This document shows positions 13,031-25,561 of a stretch of 64,000 nucleotides of DNA, piece by piece. The notes under the pieces were generated by a model. That model saw only the letters and a program-made list of their open reading frames with translations, made no database searches and was not told where the DNA came from. Positions within the stretch are counted from its first letter, which is position 1; each line of letters starts with the position of its first letter. Source of the DNA: an uncultured Nitrososphaerales archaeon (GTDB taxonomy: Archaea > Thermoproteota > Nitrososphaeria > Nitrososphaerales > Nitrososphaeraceae); contig CAVPXM010000030.1 of NCBI GenBank assembly GCA_963709405.1, positions 1-64,000 of the forward strand. The letters run 5' to 3'. A program made the translations under genes and the position numbers.

Positions 13031-13565
13031 ATTCTTTCTCTCTCTATTGTTTTTTTCGTTCGCGATAAATCATCATACTTTCCTTAATTTATCTATAGTA
13101 GATATCCTTAAGCTTTTGTCAAGATAAAGTGTATAATCTGCTATGAAGACATTAATATACAAGTATGTTGATATTTGTTGTATTTCTATTGACGTTTATA
13201 TTAACTAAATCAAAGATTTAAGGTGCATATTCTTTATATAGGTCATATCTCTCATATAGAGATCATATCATGTTATTAATTTATTGCCAAAGATTGGATT
13301 CCGATATATCATTGGCGTTAGTGGTAGAGTAGCTAGCACCTTCATGTGTTGGTTCCATCATTTCATGGATTTTGCTAATGATTGATTTTTTTATCATAGT
13401 GTTTAGCTTGGATTCCGATATATCACCGGTAACACTTACAATATTTAATTAATGCTAGTGCAGGATTAGTATAGACATCTAACGAGAAATAGAAGCTGAA
13501 TTTTCCTATCTAGATTGCATGTTGCAGAGTCATCTATTTGACAAGATTTTTACTCAGAAACTTCA

Positions 13566-13979
13566 TTATAACATCAGTTCATAACCAGCACTCTTGAACG
13601 CTCCAATGGAAGAGTCAAACTCCCCAGGCAGTATGCAGACTAAACCATTCATCCATCCCAAAGCTTCGGATTCGGTAGAATAGGTTCGTAACACCACAAA
13701 CTTCCCATTCTTGTTCGTGTCTAGTCCTTTAAACGTCAGCTGTTGTTCGTCTTCAGTATTAAGTGCACCCTCCCAATCAGAGATGGTTATGCCGTTATTA
13801 TGTATAAAAGAGCGTCCGGAGGGAACAGGGAAGGAATCATATCCTTTGATATCACCAGTCCAAGTGCTTTCTCTCTCTACCACTCCTTCCTCATTATTCT
13901 CAAAAACAATCTTGCTACCAGTTGGTCTGTCGATCTCTTCAAATAGTTTTCTTCCTATAGATAACCCTGCGTTTGCCAT
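13566..13979 (-). CDS. Hypothetical beta-rich protein
   Basis: ORF 13566-14009; likely start at MANAGLS. Confidence 0.6.
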   Translation of the reverse strand: MANAGLSIGRKLFEEIDRPTGSKIVFENNEEGVVERESTWTGDIKGYDSFPVPSGRSFIHNNGITISDWEGALNTEDEQQLTFKGLDTNKNGKFVVLRTYSTESEALGWMNGLVCILPGEFDSSIGAFKSAGYELML

Positions 13980-15210
13980 TCTCTGCTTCCCCTTTCTAGG
14001 TTTTGTCAATTACTTATTAAAAAATATTTGTTACATATTCAAACGCTCCCAAAAAAGTCCATCAATACGACTGGTTGAGACTAACAATGGTACGCGATTG
14101 ACTAGACAGCTAAACTATTTCGACTGCGGCGTCACTACCACTGTTGATCACCACAAATGGAGACTACCTTATCCAAATGATAAACTTTTTACAACTCGAA
14201 CAACAAGACTAGAAGCAAAACCCCCAACGACCCAAAAATATGCGGAATATGTCGTGAACGTGGCCATAACTTCAAAATCTACCTATACGCTTACCAGATG
14301 GGACATAAAAGCAGCAATGTATGATTATTTCAGTCACACTAAGCACCACCATATGATACAGGACTAGTACATTAGGAAATCAAAGAGTTATCGAAGCCTC
14401 ATGATAGTAAATTCAGAAAAACTATCTCTAACTACCAGTGGCCAATGATTTCTTGCCAATAACGGTAGTAAGATGGTTACCAAATACAAAGGCAGTTACT
14501 AGAACACCAACTAGGACTGCGGCCAATATCATCCAAAGGCTGAATATATTAAAACTGACTTGATCGTTGGCTAGAAAATGGGTAAAAATACAATACCATC
14601 TGGCCTATTATTGCTGGAACCCTAAACTCTTATTTATGTACTAGCAATAACATCATTACCAGTGGAACCGTACTTAGTTTGTGACTGTCAAAAGATATCG
14701 ATTAGCCATCTTAAGCCGACCAATTTAAGGACCGATTCTCAATCTATATCACTATCGTGTAACTCTAAATCCTCTTGCAATAACAGGTAACTTTCTAGGA
14801 GTGAATTAGCATAGTCATGCACTGTCATACGGTGTTCTAATGCCTCCTTCCTTAACAAAGTCCACACTTCCAGACATAAGCCAATGATTATGCGCCTATC
14901 TACGATTTTACCCTCCATTTTTTAACAACCACCGTATGAAAAGTGTCATTAATCCAATGTATTGTGAAATGGGTCTGGTTCTCTTCGACTGAAAAGCGAT
15001 CAAGGGCTAGTAATTCTCTCATATGGGAGTCTTCTTGATTATCTTTGTGTATAGTCTTCGTATTGATGTCGTTAGTGATTGTAGACGTATCTGTCGACCA
15101 CTTATTTTTTCAACGTCTTGTAATATATTGAGTCGCTTATGTCTTGCCGCTTTGATTCCCATATAATATCATCATTAGCACAGTTACTGTTACTGTTACA
15201 AAATTAGATT

Positions 15211-15510
15211 TCATTTCTTGATGTGTGTTAGCTCGTAATGTTGCATCTCTTCTATGTCATTGAAAAATGACTGAACTGCTCCAAAGAATATCTGAAAGTC
15301 AGGACTACTACGAAACCCCTCCATATGTCCTTCTAGCGAGTCCCATTTTATTCTAAGGATATAATGCTCAGGCTTTTCAATACAATGAGATAGATCATAA
15401 TCGAGACAATGCGAGGATCTCCTCAGAGCTTCCTGAGCCCTCTCATATGCAAGCTCAAACTCTGTTTACCTTTCCTTAGAAATCTTGTATCGTATATATT
15501 CAACGATTCT
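15211..15510 (-). pseudogene. Antibiotic-biosynthesis-monooxygenase (ABM) family protein with internal stop
   Basis: Not in ORF track. Manual translation IVEYIRYKISKER*TEFELAYERAQEAL...YILRIKWDSLEGHMEGFRSSPDF...DIEEMQHYE. Confidence 0.75.
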
Positions 15511-15543
15511 GATATCTTAATTTTCATTTGACTATATGATGAA

Positions 15544-15790
15544 TCAGTAGATTCTGATTCTGATGGCTTTGCGGCCATCTTCATATTGGTCGAGTGGTAC
15601 AGATTTAGACAGACTTTCTAAAGCAAATTTAGTTCCGTGATAAGTGGAGTGAAATGGAATCGCAATCCTTCCTCCCATAGATGTTATATTTACTATTTTG
15701 CCGTTCCTTTGCTTTCTCATTATAGGTATCACTGCTTTCATCACTTTTACGGCTCCAACTAAATCATAGCCAGTTAAAGCTGGAAAGATG
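15544..15790 (-). pseudogene. Short-chain dehydrogenase/reductase internal fragment
   Basis: IPIMRKQRNGKIVNITSMGG...YHGTKFALE (YxxxK); both ends missing. Confidence 0.8.
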
Positions 15791-16570
15791 TGCTGTTCAA
15801 TGACGAAGTTAATCTACCATCATCTATCTGCTTGTCATCACAAAGAATTTGTGGACATTTCTTAAAATTATCTCAGAAATTACTATATTATTCGTATAGG
15901 GGAGTCTTTTATACAAGTCATTATTATTAATCTCACGGTTGAAATGAATGTTAATGATCCTAACATATTCTCGAAGAGATGCAGATGACGTTAATTATAA
16001 TAGTTTTTATCGTTGTTGTGATAAGTGTAGAACAGAAACCGCAGAGATATTTCAGGATAGCGGCGATTATTGTATAGAATACAACAGAAGTTAATGACAA
16101 ATGAGATGAGAACAATTTTAATCTACAATATAAGTTGATCATGGTGTACACATGGTTCGCGTACTTCTACCGTCTTGGTTTGGGCCCAAGCAGATATTAG
16201 GTAATCAATGAACAGAAATCTTATTCCGTCCAGCCATTAATCCAACAATCTCTGCAGATTATTTCAAAATCAGATATATAAGCGCCAGTATATAATCGAT
16301 CTTCTTCTAGCTCTCTAGCACACCTATGGCAATACATCATTATTTCACCATGTTCAATTTAAGTTGAACCATATGTGTTTTCTATCGATGATAGCTGAAT
16401 ACTCATAATTAATTGTTTTTCTAATTATGTAAGAAAAGTTTGATTCCGATCGTTATGAGTGTTATTATCTGACTTTGATCCTTAGGATCTGATATTAGTT
16501 TAGAAAGAATTGTGCCTTCCGTTAATACATAAATACAAGAAAACTGAATTTAAAGTCGTATATAAAATAA

Positions 16571-17488
16571 GGTAATACCTAAGAAGTTGGAACAGGTCTT
16601 ACCATTATTTTAGCTAGTAATCGGAAGATATCTTCGTTCCTATGGTTGAATCTAAATTCTATTTCTTTAAGGTACAGGTGAAAGTACTGTTTGGGTACTC
16701 CTCGATAATGATACAACCAGGTCTTTGCATAACTCCAGAATCCTTCAATACCATTGATATGACTAGTATCTTCACGTACATATTCTTCCATTCGATGAGC
16801 AATTATCTGATGTTTTCCGATTAGATCTAATGAAGCATATGCAGTATGGTCATCGGTATAATACAAGGAACCCTTCTTAGTATGGAGTTTAATTAATGGA
16901 ATTAGTGTATCATGTATTCTGTCAGATACAGGAAATGTGATGACCTTGCCATTTCTTTGATGTATTCCAAATACCAGGCTTTTACCTTCTGCACCCCATC
17001 CGCGTTTTCCTTTCCTATGCCCACCAAATAATGCTTCGTCTATTTCTATTTCTCCCGACAGCTTCTTCAGCTCCTTTAATTTCTGAAGTGATTCATTGTA
17101 GATTGATTGTCTGAATACTCAATGTTCTCTCTATTGTGGCCAAGCTAAGTGGAACATAAAATCGGATTCTTACGCTGGTACTCCAAGAGCATAGAGATAG
17201 AGGAGGTGCACTAGTATATCAAGTGGGAAATAAAACTCTCCAAGATAAGTTCCTGTCAACTCTCCAAATTTGTATCTGCAACGTTTGCATCCAAACCTCT
17301 TATCTTTAAGATGGTACAACAATCCATATCCACATCTTGGACATCGTCTCCTTCCTTTCCATCTAGCATGACGAAAAGCATGACTAAATATACGCGGCTT
17401 TTTGTCGCACACTTCCAGCGAGTTCTACTAGTATAAGACTAGATTCACGCACGCATGCACGAATAGGGCAAAATTTATCTCATAACCC
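16571..17488 (-). mobile_element. IS1595-family (ISXO2-like) element, frameshifted transposase
   Basis: N-terminal Zn ribbon CPRC..CKRC, EIDEALFGG, YTDD, HINGIEGFWS, YLKEIEFRFN; boundaries approximate, termini not clearly resolved. Confidence 0.85.
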
Positions 17489-17535
17489 AAATTATATAGT
17501 TTAATTTATATTCACTTTTAAAGATAAGGACTTTA

Positions 17536-18594
17536 TTGAATAATCTAACTAAATTCAAGCTGATTATACCATTGGTATTTATTATCATTGCCTTATGTTG
17601 TTCTCACCTAGCGCTTTTTCAAGGCTCATACGCAGAATATACTAATCCTCATAGGAGTTTGTCTTTGAAAGATTTTACATTTGCAAAGCAGGGATCTTTC
17701 ATGGATTCGCATGGCCTGTTAAATATTGTAGGAGTTGTGGATAATGTTGGAAGCATTCCAGCAGAGGTACGAGTTGGGCTAAATGTAAGTGAAAAAAGCA
17801 GCTCTGAACACAACATCAAAAGCAACGATCATGTGATTTCAACAATGATCCAATCGCTATATGGGAAGGTCATATATCCACAAAGCGGATCTCCGTTTAA
17901 ATTTGTAATTGATCCAAATATCTTCAGTGTACAAAGTAAGGCATTTCTTGTGAGTACGTTGGGAAGGCCCATCCCTAACTACAATAGTATGCTCAAGTTA
18001 AATTACTCAAATCTCGCATCTCGTCCAGACGGCCTTCTCACGGGAACTGCGAAAAATACAGGCCAGCTAGATCTTCATAATGTTAGCGTATATGCATCTG
18101 CTCATGACGGCAATGGTACACAAATAGATTCGGTAAAGAGTCAACCAATCTCCACCATCAGACCAGGGGAGGAAGTTAAATTCACTGCCGTTCCAAATGC
18201 AGCGATAAAATCGAAGGTGGTTTATTACAGTTGTGCTGGGGTTGATCTAAACGAACCTATTAACACACTTAGCGTAGGAGACGGCAGATTTATAACCTAT
18301 GATTTACAGGCTATTGCAAAGGTAAGCGATTTTAGATATGACAATAGTTCCGATAGCATAAAATTCGGCATACAACATTACAATCCTACTGGCGGACCAC
18401 TCACATTTAGACTCGCGCAGTTATCAAGTAATCATACAGTATCTGTCACAATGGACGGGAAGCCCTACCCATTAGTATATGACTCAAAAACAAGTATTAA
18501 TAGAGATGGGAAAACAATTAAGTTAGATCTTTTTATACCTAAAGGAGAACACCAGTTGGTGATTCGAGGGGTTTCCGACAAGGGAACAGTGTGA
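17536..18594 (+). CDS. Secreted or surface protein with FxLYD-like Ig-fold domains
   Basis: N-terminal signal-like helix; repeated GxVxNxG segments and VYASAHDGNGTQID..IRPGEEVKF. Confidence 0.7.
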   Translation: MNNLTKFKLIIPLVFIIIALCCSHLALFQGSYAEYTNPHRSLSLKDFTFAKQGSFMDSHGLLNIVGVVDNVGSIPAEVRVGLNVSEKSSSEHNIKSNDHVISTMIQSLYGKVIYPQSGSPFKFVIDPNIFSVQSKAFLVSTLGRPIPNYNSMLKLNYSNLASRPDGLLTGTAKNTGQLDLHNVSVYASAHDGNGTQIDSVKSQPISTIRPGEEVKFTAVPNAAIKSKVVYYSCAGVDLNEPINTLSVGDGRFITYDLQAIAKVSDFRYDNSSDSIKFGIQHYNPTGGPLTFRLAQLSSNHTVSVTMDGKPYPLVYDSKTSINRDGKTIKLDLFIPKGEHQLVIRGVSDKGTV

Positions 18595-19059
18595 GATCGA
18601 CCCGGATTTACTACCTCAAAATTCTGGCCTTGCACTTAAAACGGTGCTGATCGATTTGTTCGGCATCTACGTGTATCAAAGCATGATCTTGGGATTAGCT
18701 TATCAATGGGGGTTGATACTAAACTGGAATTAGACCGAACTCGATTTGGCTGGGTTTCAGAATCGATGTATTCTTATAGGGTAGAGAATGCTAAAATGAA
18801 GGATTTGAGAGAAGGCCTAAGGAAATGGTAAGATAGTACGAGCATCGGATGTTAATAACAATTCTTAGAATAGTAACCAGAGTAAGCAAATATTGATACA
18901 TTATGTAATAAAATGATCTTACATATTTTAGTATACATGACAAGGATTTACGCATCTATGATGCACAGAAAGAAAACCTTATGCTAATATACTAGAATCA
19001 TCCATATAGTTTTGATGCAATCACTATTATATTTGAGCGAAGAAAATTTGATTTAGTCC

Positions 19060-19740
19060 TAGGCTATATTCCAGAACAGAAGCGAGGCCGCTCAAGAGCT
19101 TGCATCAAAGGTAGAAGGATGGTTACGAGGCGAATTTGGACAGATAGCCAAAGATTCAGTCATAGTCTTGGCAATTCCTATAGGAGGCGTAGTTGTTAGG
19201 GATACTGTTGTTTCGCAGCTCGGATGTGACCTTGATATCATAGTTTCAAGGAAGGTTGGGCCACCATCGAATGGGCTTGCGATTGGAGCAGTCATGCCTA
19301 AAGGGACTTATTATTCTAACGAAAGTGTAGTGGCTAATTTTCACGATATCTATAGACAATATATATAGACGAAAATATTATGGCACAGAAACAGAAACAG
19401 ATCCAATATCTATTTCAGTTTAGAGGTAATAAAAACAATCTACTTAAGTCGCATGAAAAGATAGTTGTATTGGTTGATGATGGCATTGCCACAGGAGCAA
19501 TTACGATTGGCAGCTGCTCGCTGGCTGAGGGAAAACATGACTACAAATATTTGGTTATTGTTGTTCCAGCGGTACCCAAATCACCAGATACTATCAGTGA
19601 GCTGGAGCGAGCTGCAGATAAATTGATAATCTTATTTTCATCGAAGATTTTTCATGCCATTGGACAATTCGAGACTTTTCTCAAGTTAGCGATGAAGATG
19701 TAAAGAAAATTATGCAAAAGTACGGCTATGATCTATGATC
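19060..19740 (+). pseudogene. Phosphoribosyltransferase family protein, frameshifted
   Basis: FQNRSEAAQELA, LAIPIGGVVV, RKVGPP, VVLVDDGIATGA (PRPP-binding loop) across frames. Confidence 0.8.
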
Positions 19741-19849
19741 CTTCGGATGGTATTTGATTTTATTTCGTATGAATATTTAAGTCTTTATCACATTTACATC
19801 ATAAAGCCATTAGACGTAAGATCAGTTCAACGAGTGTCGTGGCATTGAA

Positions 19850-19871
19850 GACTGACTGACTGACTGACTGA
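19850..19871. repeat. (GACT)5 microsatellite
   Basis: gactgactgactgactgactga read directly. Confidence 0.9.
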
Positions 19872-20237
19872 ATTAACGATTGTTATTATTCGGGAGATTC
19901 GATAATTGAGTACAAATGAATACGATGACACAGGAGTCGTGTATGCAATTTACATTCATGATCATATAAATGGAATCCCTCCTTCATGTACGGTAATTGG
20001 GACTAAAAGGAGTGCATTCGTTATGGTGGTGCAACTATTGACACTTTATTTTACACGATTTGAACTAGAATCATTATTAACTTTAGAAATCTAAATGAAA
20101 ATAGTTTTTTTCACCGCAGGTGGTGACTAATCACATGACAGTTGATTAATTTGTATTGGCAATAGTAATCCAGCAGTTTTCTGACAGCTGACAGATATAA
20201 TATTTCGTTTAATATCATATATCAATAGTCCTTTACA

Positions 20238-20645
20238 TTAATGATAGAAATTAAAGTACCTATCATCGGACATACCCTCGTTCTTATTTTGCATGTCTGA
20301 TAATTCTTTGAAGAGAATGTCACCCGCAGCCATCTCTATTAACTCCCCCCGTGATATGCTAAGAGCGTATTTTATAATATTTAATCGTTGCATATTTTCC
20401 TCAAAGATTGAATCTCTCATTCCTTGTCCTTTTGCCCTCTGACGAAGTATATTTCTTATTCTGCCTTGATGATAGTTGGTATGTATGTCGCTCGCTTCCT
20501 CTTTCGTAACGCCATAAATATCGGATATTCTATTTGTAATTCTTCTTTCATCTTCAATGCAGGTGTTTTTATGAGCAGAATCGATTGCTGTTTTGCCCCT
20601 CAACTTTACCGTACTGGTCTCGGGATAATCATTTGAATCCTTCAT
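20238..20645 (-). CDS. Hypothetical protein
   Basis: 135-aa ORF, ATG start, AT-rich upstream region. Confidence 0.55.
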   Translation of the reverse strand: MKDSNDYPETSTVKLRGKTAIDSAHKNTCIEDERRITNRISDIYGVTKEEASDIHTNYHQGRIRNILRQRAKGQGMRDSIFEENMQRLNIIKYALSISRGELIEMAAGDILFKELSDMQNKNEGMSDDRYFNFYH

Positions 20646-20910
20646 CTATTTCTGTGATCAGGACTAATTCGACGGTTATGCCTAATAAATTATTCTAAAT
20701 GGTTCTCCTATGAAAATGAAATCTGGATTCAACATATTAGTTACATAGTTGAACGAGTCTAGGGGCCTAACTCGAGTTAGACATTATCACATACAAATTA
20801 GAGAATTAGATTGCAATTCAGTACATTAATTGCTAGGAATATTAATTGTACTGAGTCTTTAGTATATTAATAACAGCATAAACGATTTTTCGTACGTTAT
20901 CCTTTGTACC

Positions 20911-21592
20911 GGCTCTGTAAAGTTAAGATAACAAATTATTGTTATGATGACTAACAAATAGATCCAACCATTTTTGTATGTGTTGCAATTTACACTTACT
21001 TTTTCTACAAGGAAAATAATCATCGAAATATTCTGTTCTATCTTTGATGTATTGTACCGTCCTTTCTATGATACTTTTCTCATATGGAGAATGGATGTGA
21101 TGGTGCAGTCTCAAGAATCTACAAGCCTGTGGATACCATGTACCTCCATCAGTTGAAACAGGATAGATGTTCTCCATATCTTTTTACAAGGTTTAATATA
21201 AAACGTTCTGCAACAAACATGTTTCTCTCTTTTGATATGCTTATTTGAAGGATTTCTCGGTTATCATTCATTTTCAATGGCTATCCATAACCAGATATAT
21301 TCGGAACCAACTTTAATGATAGTTTCATCAATTATAAATTCAGTAATACGTATCTATCTTTCTGGAACTTAACATCTCTGGTTTATATTTTTGAATCCAG
21401 TCTCTGATGGCAGTATGACTTCTTTTAACAAATCTAGACACAGCTTTGGAAGTATTTCTTAATGAAAGACCAAGGAAATACAGATACAGAGAATATGCTA
21501 TATCCTCAGGTTCTGTTCTCTTTCTTATTTGACACATCATAACCTATATCGGAGTCATAAAGCTATAGATTTTTCCTTAACTTTACAGAGCC
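20911..21592 (-). mobile_element. IS6-family insertion sequence, full-length ends, frameshifted transposase
   Basis: Perfect 17-bp inverted repeats GGCTCTGTAAAGTTAAG / CTTAACTTTACAGAGCC; flanking direct repeat (C)TTTGTACC; ORF pieces 21340-21540 and 20923-21177. Confidence 0.92.
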
Positions 21593-21851
21593 CTTTGTAC
21601 CATAGTGCTAGCTTAAATACTGTATAATCTATATTCCGAGAATAATGACTAACTATCATAGCTGATCACCATGGGTTAGATTTTCGGGCTTTGCTTTTTC
21701 ATCTTATGAGCCTAAGCCAATTACTCCTGGAGAAGGTTACCCTCATTATGTCTACCATTGTTTGAAAATTAGGGATCTCAAGACCATGTAATTTCTTTGT
21801 CTATCGTAATAATTATTTATACCGGCTATATTTACTATTAGCTCAACGAGA

Positions 21852-22427
21852 ATGCACGATCTACGTTTAGAAGGCGACGAGAGGGTCACAAGAAAACTCT
21901 ATCTCGGAATATTCTATTTTTGCGCATTTGTTATGGCAGCTATAACTATTTATGCAATTTATGTGAGTGTTAATGAGTATCTTAATACTGGAAAAGTAGT
22001 CATTGGAGAGGTACTCGTAGACACTGAATTCCCAGTAAAGGGCCTATCAAAACTCGTAACTTATCTTATGATCGTATCTGTAGTAGGATGGTACTGCGTA
22101 ACTAAGCTTGGCACTAACAAAGTCCAAGGAATTTCTAAATCGACAAAATCGATACTTCAGATAGTCGTATTAGCTATTGCAATTATAGCTCTATATGAAT
22201 TTATATACAATTTTATACTATGGAATTCATTCATCACGGTCGATGTTATGAAAGGAATAATGAAATTAGATAGCATTAATGTGCCATATCCTAACCCAAA
22301 AACTCCATGGAATCTAGTATTCGCTACAAAAATGTCTCTTGCCGCTCTTCTTATTTCAGCCCACGGCTTCTATCTAATGTCTAAAAAGCCAAAAATAGAG
22401 GAGGTAGACGGTGGTAGTGTCGTATGA
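21852..22427 (+). CDS. Four-helix membrane protein, unknown function
   Basis: 191 aa, four hydrophobic segments, PYPNPKTPWNLVFATK motif. Confidence 0.75.
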   Translation: MHDLRLEGDERVTRKLYLGIFYFCAFVMAAITIYAIYVSVNEYLNTGKVVIGEVLVDTEFPVKGLSKLVTYLMIVSVVGWYCVTKLGTNKVQGISKSTKSILQIVVLAIAIIALYEFIYNFILWNSFITVDVMKGIMKLDSINVPYPNPKTPWNLVFATKMSLAALLISAHGFYLMSKKPKIEEVDGGSVV

Positions 22428-22690
22428 ATGCATATGAAATCCAAATAGAATCTGTATCATGCATCACATTTATCTGGCCAGCCATTTAATACGGACTTGT
22501 GATTGTACTTATTGATTTTATTAACCCATCTCGAGCCTATATAATTCTAAAAGATTCGCCCAGTGATTAAGAGCTCCTTGACGTGCAATATCAGTAACAA
22601 TAATATCAGTTAGTCTGTCGTATCAAGCATCGAGTCACGTTTTAACATAGAGTAAATCCAGTTCTGATTCAATCCTGATAGTGACTTTAT

Positions 22691-22933
22691 TCATGATCCC
22701 TGACCCTCAATCACAATAAGTGTAAGTGTTGATTTTATTTTATCTATTTTTCTAACATGCCACGTTATCGTTTCTTTTAACTTGTCCATAGTATCAGCAC
22801 TGATCTTTACTATCATGTCGTAGACCCCGTATGATCCTTCTACATCAACGATGCCTGGTAATTTCTTTAGCTCATTTATAATCTCATTTTCGTGTCCGAG
22901 TTCACAGTTTAGAAGAACGTATGCGGTTGGCAT
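22691..22933 (-). CDS. Stand-alone Lrp/AsnC ligand-binding (RAM) domain protein
   Basis: MPTAYVLLNC...GVYDMIVKI...VRKIDKIKSTLTL. Confidence 0.9.
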   Translation of the reverse strand: MPTAYVLLNCELGHENEIINELKKLPGIVDVEGSYGVYDMIVKISADTMDKLKETITWHVRKIDKIKSTLTLIVIEGQGS

Positions 22934-23787
22934 AATTATATTCAGTAATAGAAGTATTAAACTGCTATGATGATTGCTTCACGCTATAAATTATCAGCTT
23001 CATTAACTGCGTTCTAATGTGTTTGAATGTATTATTGCGGTACTGTTCAGCAATATTTCGGTTTCATGTATGGTGGAAAATTTTGATATTTACTGACAAT
23101 AAATTAAGAAAAAGTACTCAAAATTGGCCATACGTTGACGATCCATTATTGGTTATCGCTCTGACAGGTCCACTTATAACATTCCATTTAAAATCTGACT
23201 CGTAGACGTTATTACTCTTATAAAAAATGTATGATATATTTACAATATTTTTATATTATATCAAATAGATTGTCATTCAGATACAATATGATCGGAAAGT
23301 TTAATAATTGTATTTACGCTGTATGTGGACAATCAGAAAACATCCACTAAAAGATAGAGACCTCGCTTGCCAAAATCCTAGTCTTTGTTGCCAGGTGCGG
23401 TAGCGGGCTTACTCTGTCCTTTATCTAACAAGTTTTTCTTCAAAAAAAATTTGATTGAATGAAGGAAAAAACGTGCTTAAGTTGCAACCACCTGTTATGA
23501 ATTATTAGTACTTATCGTTACTTTTCGTGATAATCTGGTTGACTATACTCGTTATTTGATTCATTATCTGTACGCCTGATTTAGCTGGAAAGAAGCAAGC
23601 AGTAAGTTGGTCTAGGCGTCAAAATGCGGAACACCATAGTATTGTCCTGGTGATTTTTCCTGCACTTGTTAAGATGCCAAGTAAAGTAGACTGACTAGAA
23701 AACATCGAATCATCTGTTTCAGTTCCATATCGAGGAATCTGCTATCGAATTCTTAAAGCGCTTTTTGCTTTACCTATCAATTCATGG

Positions 23788-24456
23788 TTATATTTTGAAG
23801 ACTCTGGTAATCATAACCAATTCTGGTCCGCTAGTCGGACTGCCTACAACCACAGATTTTGAATTAGCAAGCATGCCATATGATAGAAATGGTATGCCGC
23901 CATTCACAGTCACAGGTTCAACTGGAACTTTGAGTATATCTGATATATTTTCAATTTCCTCATCGCTCGCCTTAGGATGTACTGCTGCGCCTAGATTAGT
24001 CGCAACGATCGCCGATCCAACCTGCACGTAACCAGCTACAGTTATAGAGTTTGTAGGAACTCCCAATACATCCTGAACTTGTTCGAGAACCCCATTTTCA
24101 AATAATGGTGATATTAAGGCTCCTTTATCGTTGCTTGAAATCAAATTCCCAATGGCAGTGAACTTTGTTTTAAGACGTTCAACATTTAAACCACTAACTT
24201 GTTCAAGCATTTGAATTTCCTCATCAAGAGTCGTTGCAGGAACCAGAATTCCGTTATTATTCATGACAGTCATTGCACCAATAAGCCTGGTACCCGCTAT
24301 CGATCCAAAGAGCTCCTGCTCAACTTGTAAATATTCTGATAGTTTAGTGCTCTTAGTCTGTGGGACTCCAAAGGGCACTATCAGCATACGATCGTTAGTT
24401 TTAGCAAATAGTCCAATATTTGGGCTTTTATATAAATCATATCTGTAAATTCCCAA
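23788..24456 (-). CDS. eif6: Translation initiation factor aIF-6
   Basis: SPNIGLFAKTND, IAGTRLIG, AIGNLI, GAAVHP, TVNGG; TTG start. Confidence 0.93.
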   Translation of the reverse strand: MGIYRYDLYKSPNIGLFAKTNDRMLIVPFGVPQTKSTKLSEYLQVEQELFGSIAGTRLIGAMTVMNNNGILVPATTLDEEIQMLEQVSGLNVERLKTKFTAIGNLISSNDKGALISPLFENGVLEQVQDVLGVPTNSITVAGYVQVGSAIVATNLGAAVHPKASDEEIENISDILKVPVEPVTVNGGIPFLSYGMLANSKSVVVGSPTSGPELVMITRVFKI

Positions 24457-24622
24457 TCAAGGAAGTTTTTCAATATGTTGTTCATATGAACCTATTGGAA
24501 TGGATCACAAATGATTTTTCATGATCGAACTTAGATCATGTTTGTAATCCAGTTGATAGCAATTCACTAAAATCAAAATCCGACATACTTAAACGGTATG
24601 AATATAAGGAATAAATTGCGGA

Positions 24623-25561
24623 ATGCCGAAGAACAATTTCTACAACCGTGACATAGTATCAATAAATGATATTAATAAACAAGATCTGGAACTTGTATTT
24701 TCATATACTGACAAACTGAGTAACTTAAAACCAAATGAAAAGAGTGAACTAGGCAAAGGGCGTGTTCTTGGCTCAGTTTTTTATGAACCGAGTACTAGGA
24801 CTAGAATGAGCTTCGAAGCGGCAATGGCATCGTTGGGTGGGAGCTCACTTGGGATTTCCGATCCTAAATCATCTTCGATCGAGAAAGGTGAAAGTTTGGC
24901 AGATACTATCAGGATTATGGATCTCTATTCAGACATTGTTCTATTACGTCATCCATTGGATGGTTCAAGTAGATTCGCCTGTGAATTATCGAAGAATCCC
25001 GTAATTAACGGAGGGAGTGGAAGTGAAGAGCATCCTACACAGGCGATGTTAGATCTATATACTATCGTTAAGGAAAAAAAGCAAATAGATGGACTCACTA
25101 TCGGTGTAATAGGTGATCTCAAATATGGTAGAACTGTATATTCATTGTTATATGGTCTAACTTATTACGATGTCAAGATTCATCTAATTTCGCCGGAATC
25201 TTTGAAGATAAGGAAGGAATCCATCTATGACGTTATGCACAAATTAAGAATTCATGAACATACTACCTTAGAGGAAGACATATTGTCCAAACTTGATATA
25301 ATATATGTTACTAGAATACAAAGAGAACGGTTCCCAGATCTACAGGAATACGAAAAGGTTAAAGGCACATACGTAATTAATACGGACGTTCTCAAAAAGG
25401 CCAAAACTGACGTATCAATCATGCATCCGATGCCAAGGATGGAAGAGATTTCTCAAGAGATCGACAACACAAAGAATGCGGTATACTTTAAGCAGGCAGC
25501 TTATGGTAAGGAACTTAGATCCGCACTGTTGGCAATGATATTGAATGAAAGTGTATTTTAG
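24623..25561 (+). CDS. pyrB: Aspartate carbamoyltransferase catalytic subunit
   Basis: FYEPSTRTRMSF, KGESLADT, HPTQAMLD, GDLKYGRTV, RIQRER, MHPMPR. Confidence 0.97.
   Translation: MPKNNFYNRDIVSINDINKQDLELVFSYTDKLSNLKPNEKSELGKGRVLGSVFYEPSTRTRMSFEAAMASLGGSSLGISDPKSSSIEKGESLADTIRIMDLYSDIVLLRHPLDGSSRFACELSKNPVINGGSGSEEHPTQAMLDLYTIVKEKKQIDGLTIGVIGDLKYGRTVYSLLYGLTYYDVKIHLISPESLKIRKESIYDVMHKLRIHEHTTLEEDILSKLDIIYVTRIQRERFPDLQEYEKVKGTYVINTDVLKKAKTDVSIMHPMPRMEEISQEIDNTKNAVYFKQAAYGKELRSALLAMILNESVF

Noticed and set aside
13711-14367. 218-aa plus-strand ORF
   Set aside because: Largely antisense to the 13566-13979 gene, Ser/Thr-biased, with no motif; treated as a shadow ORF.
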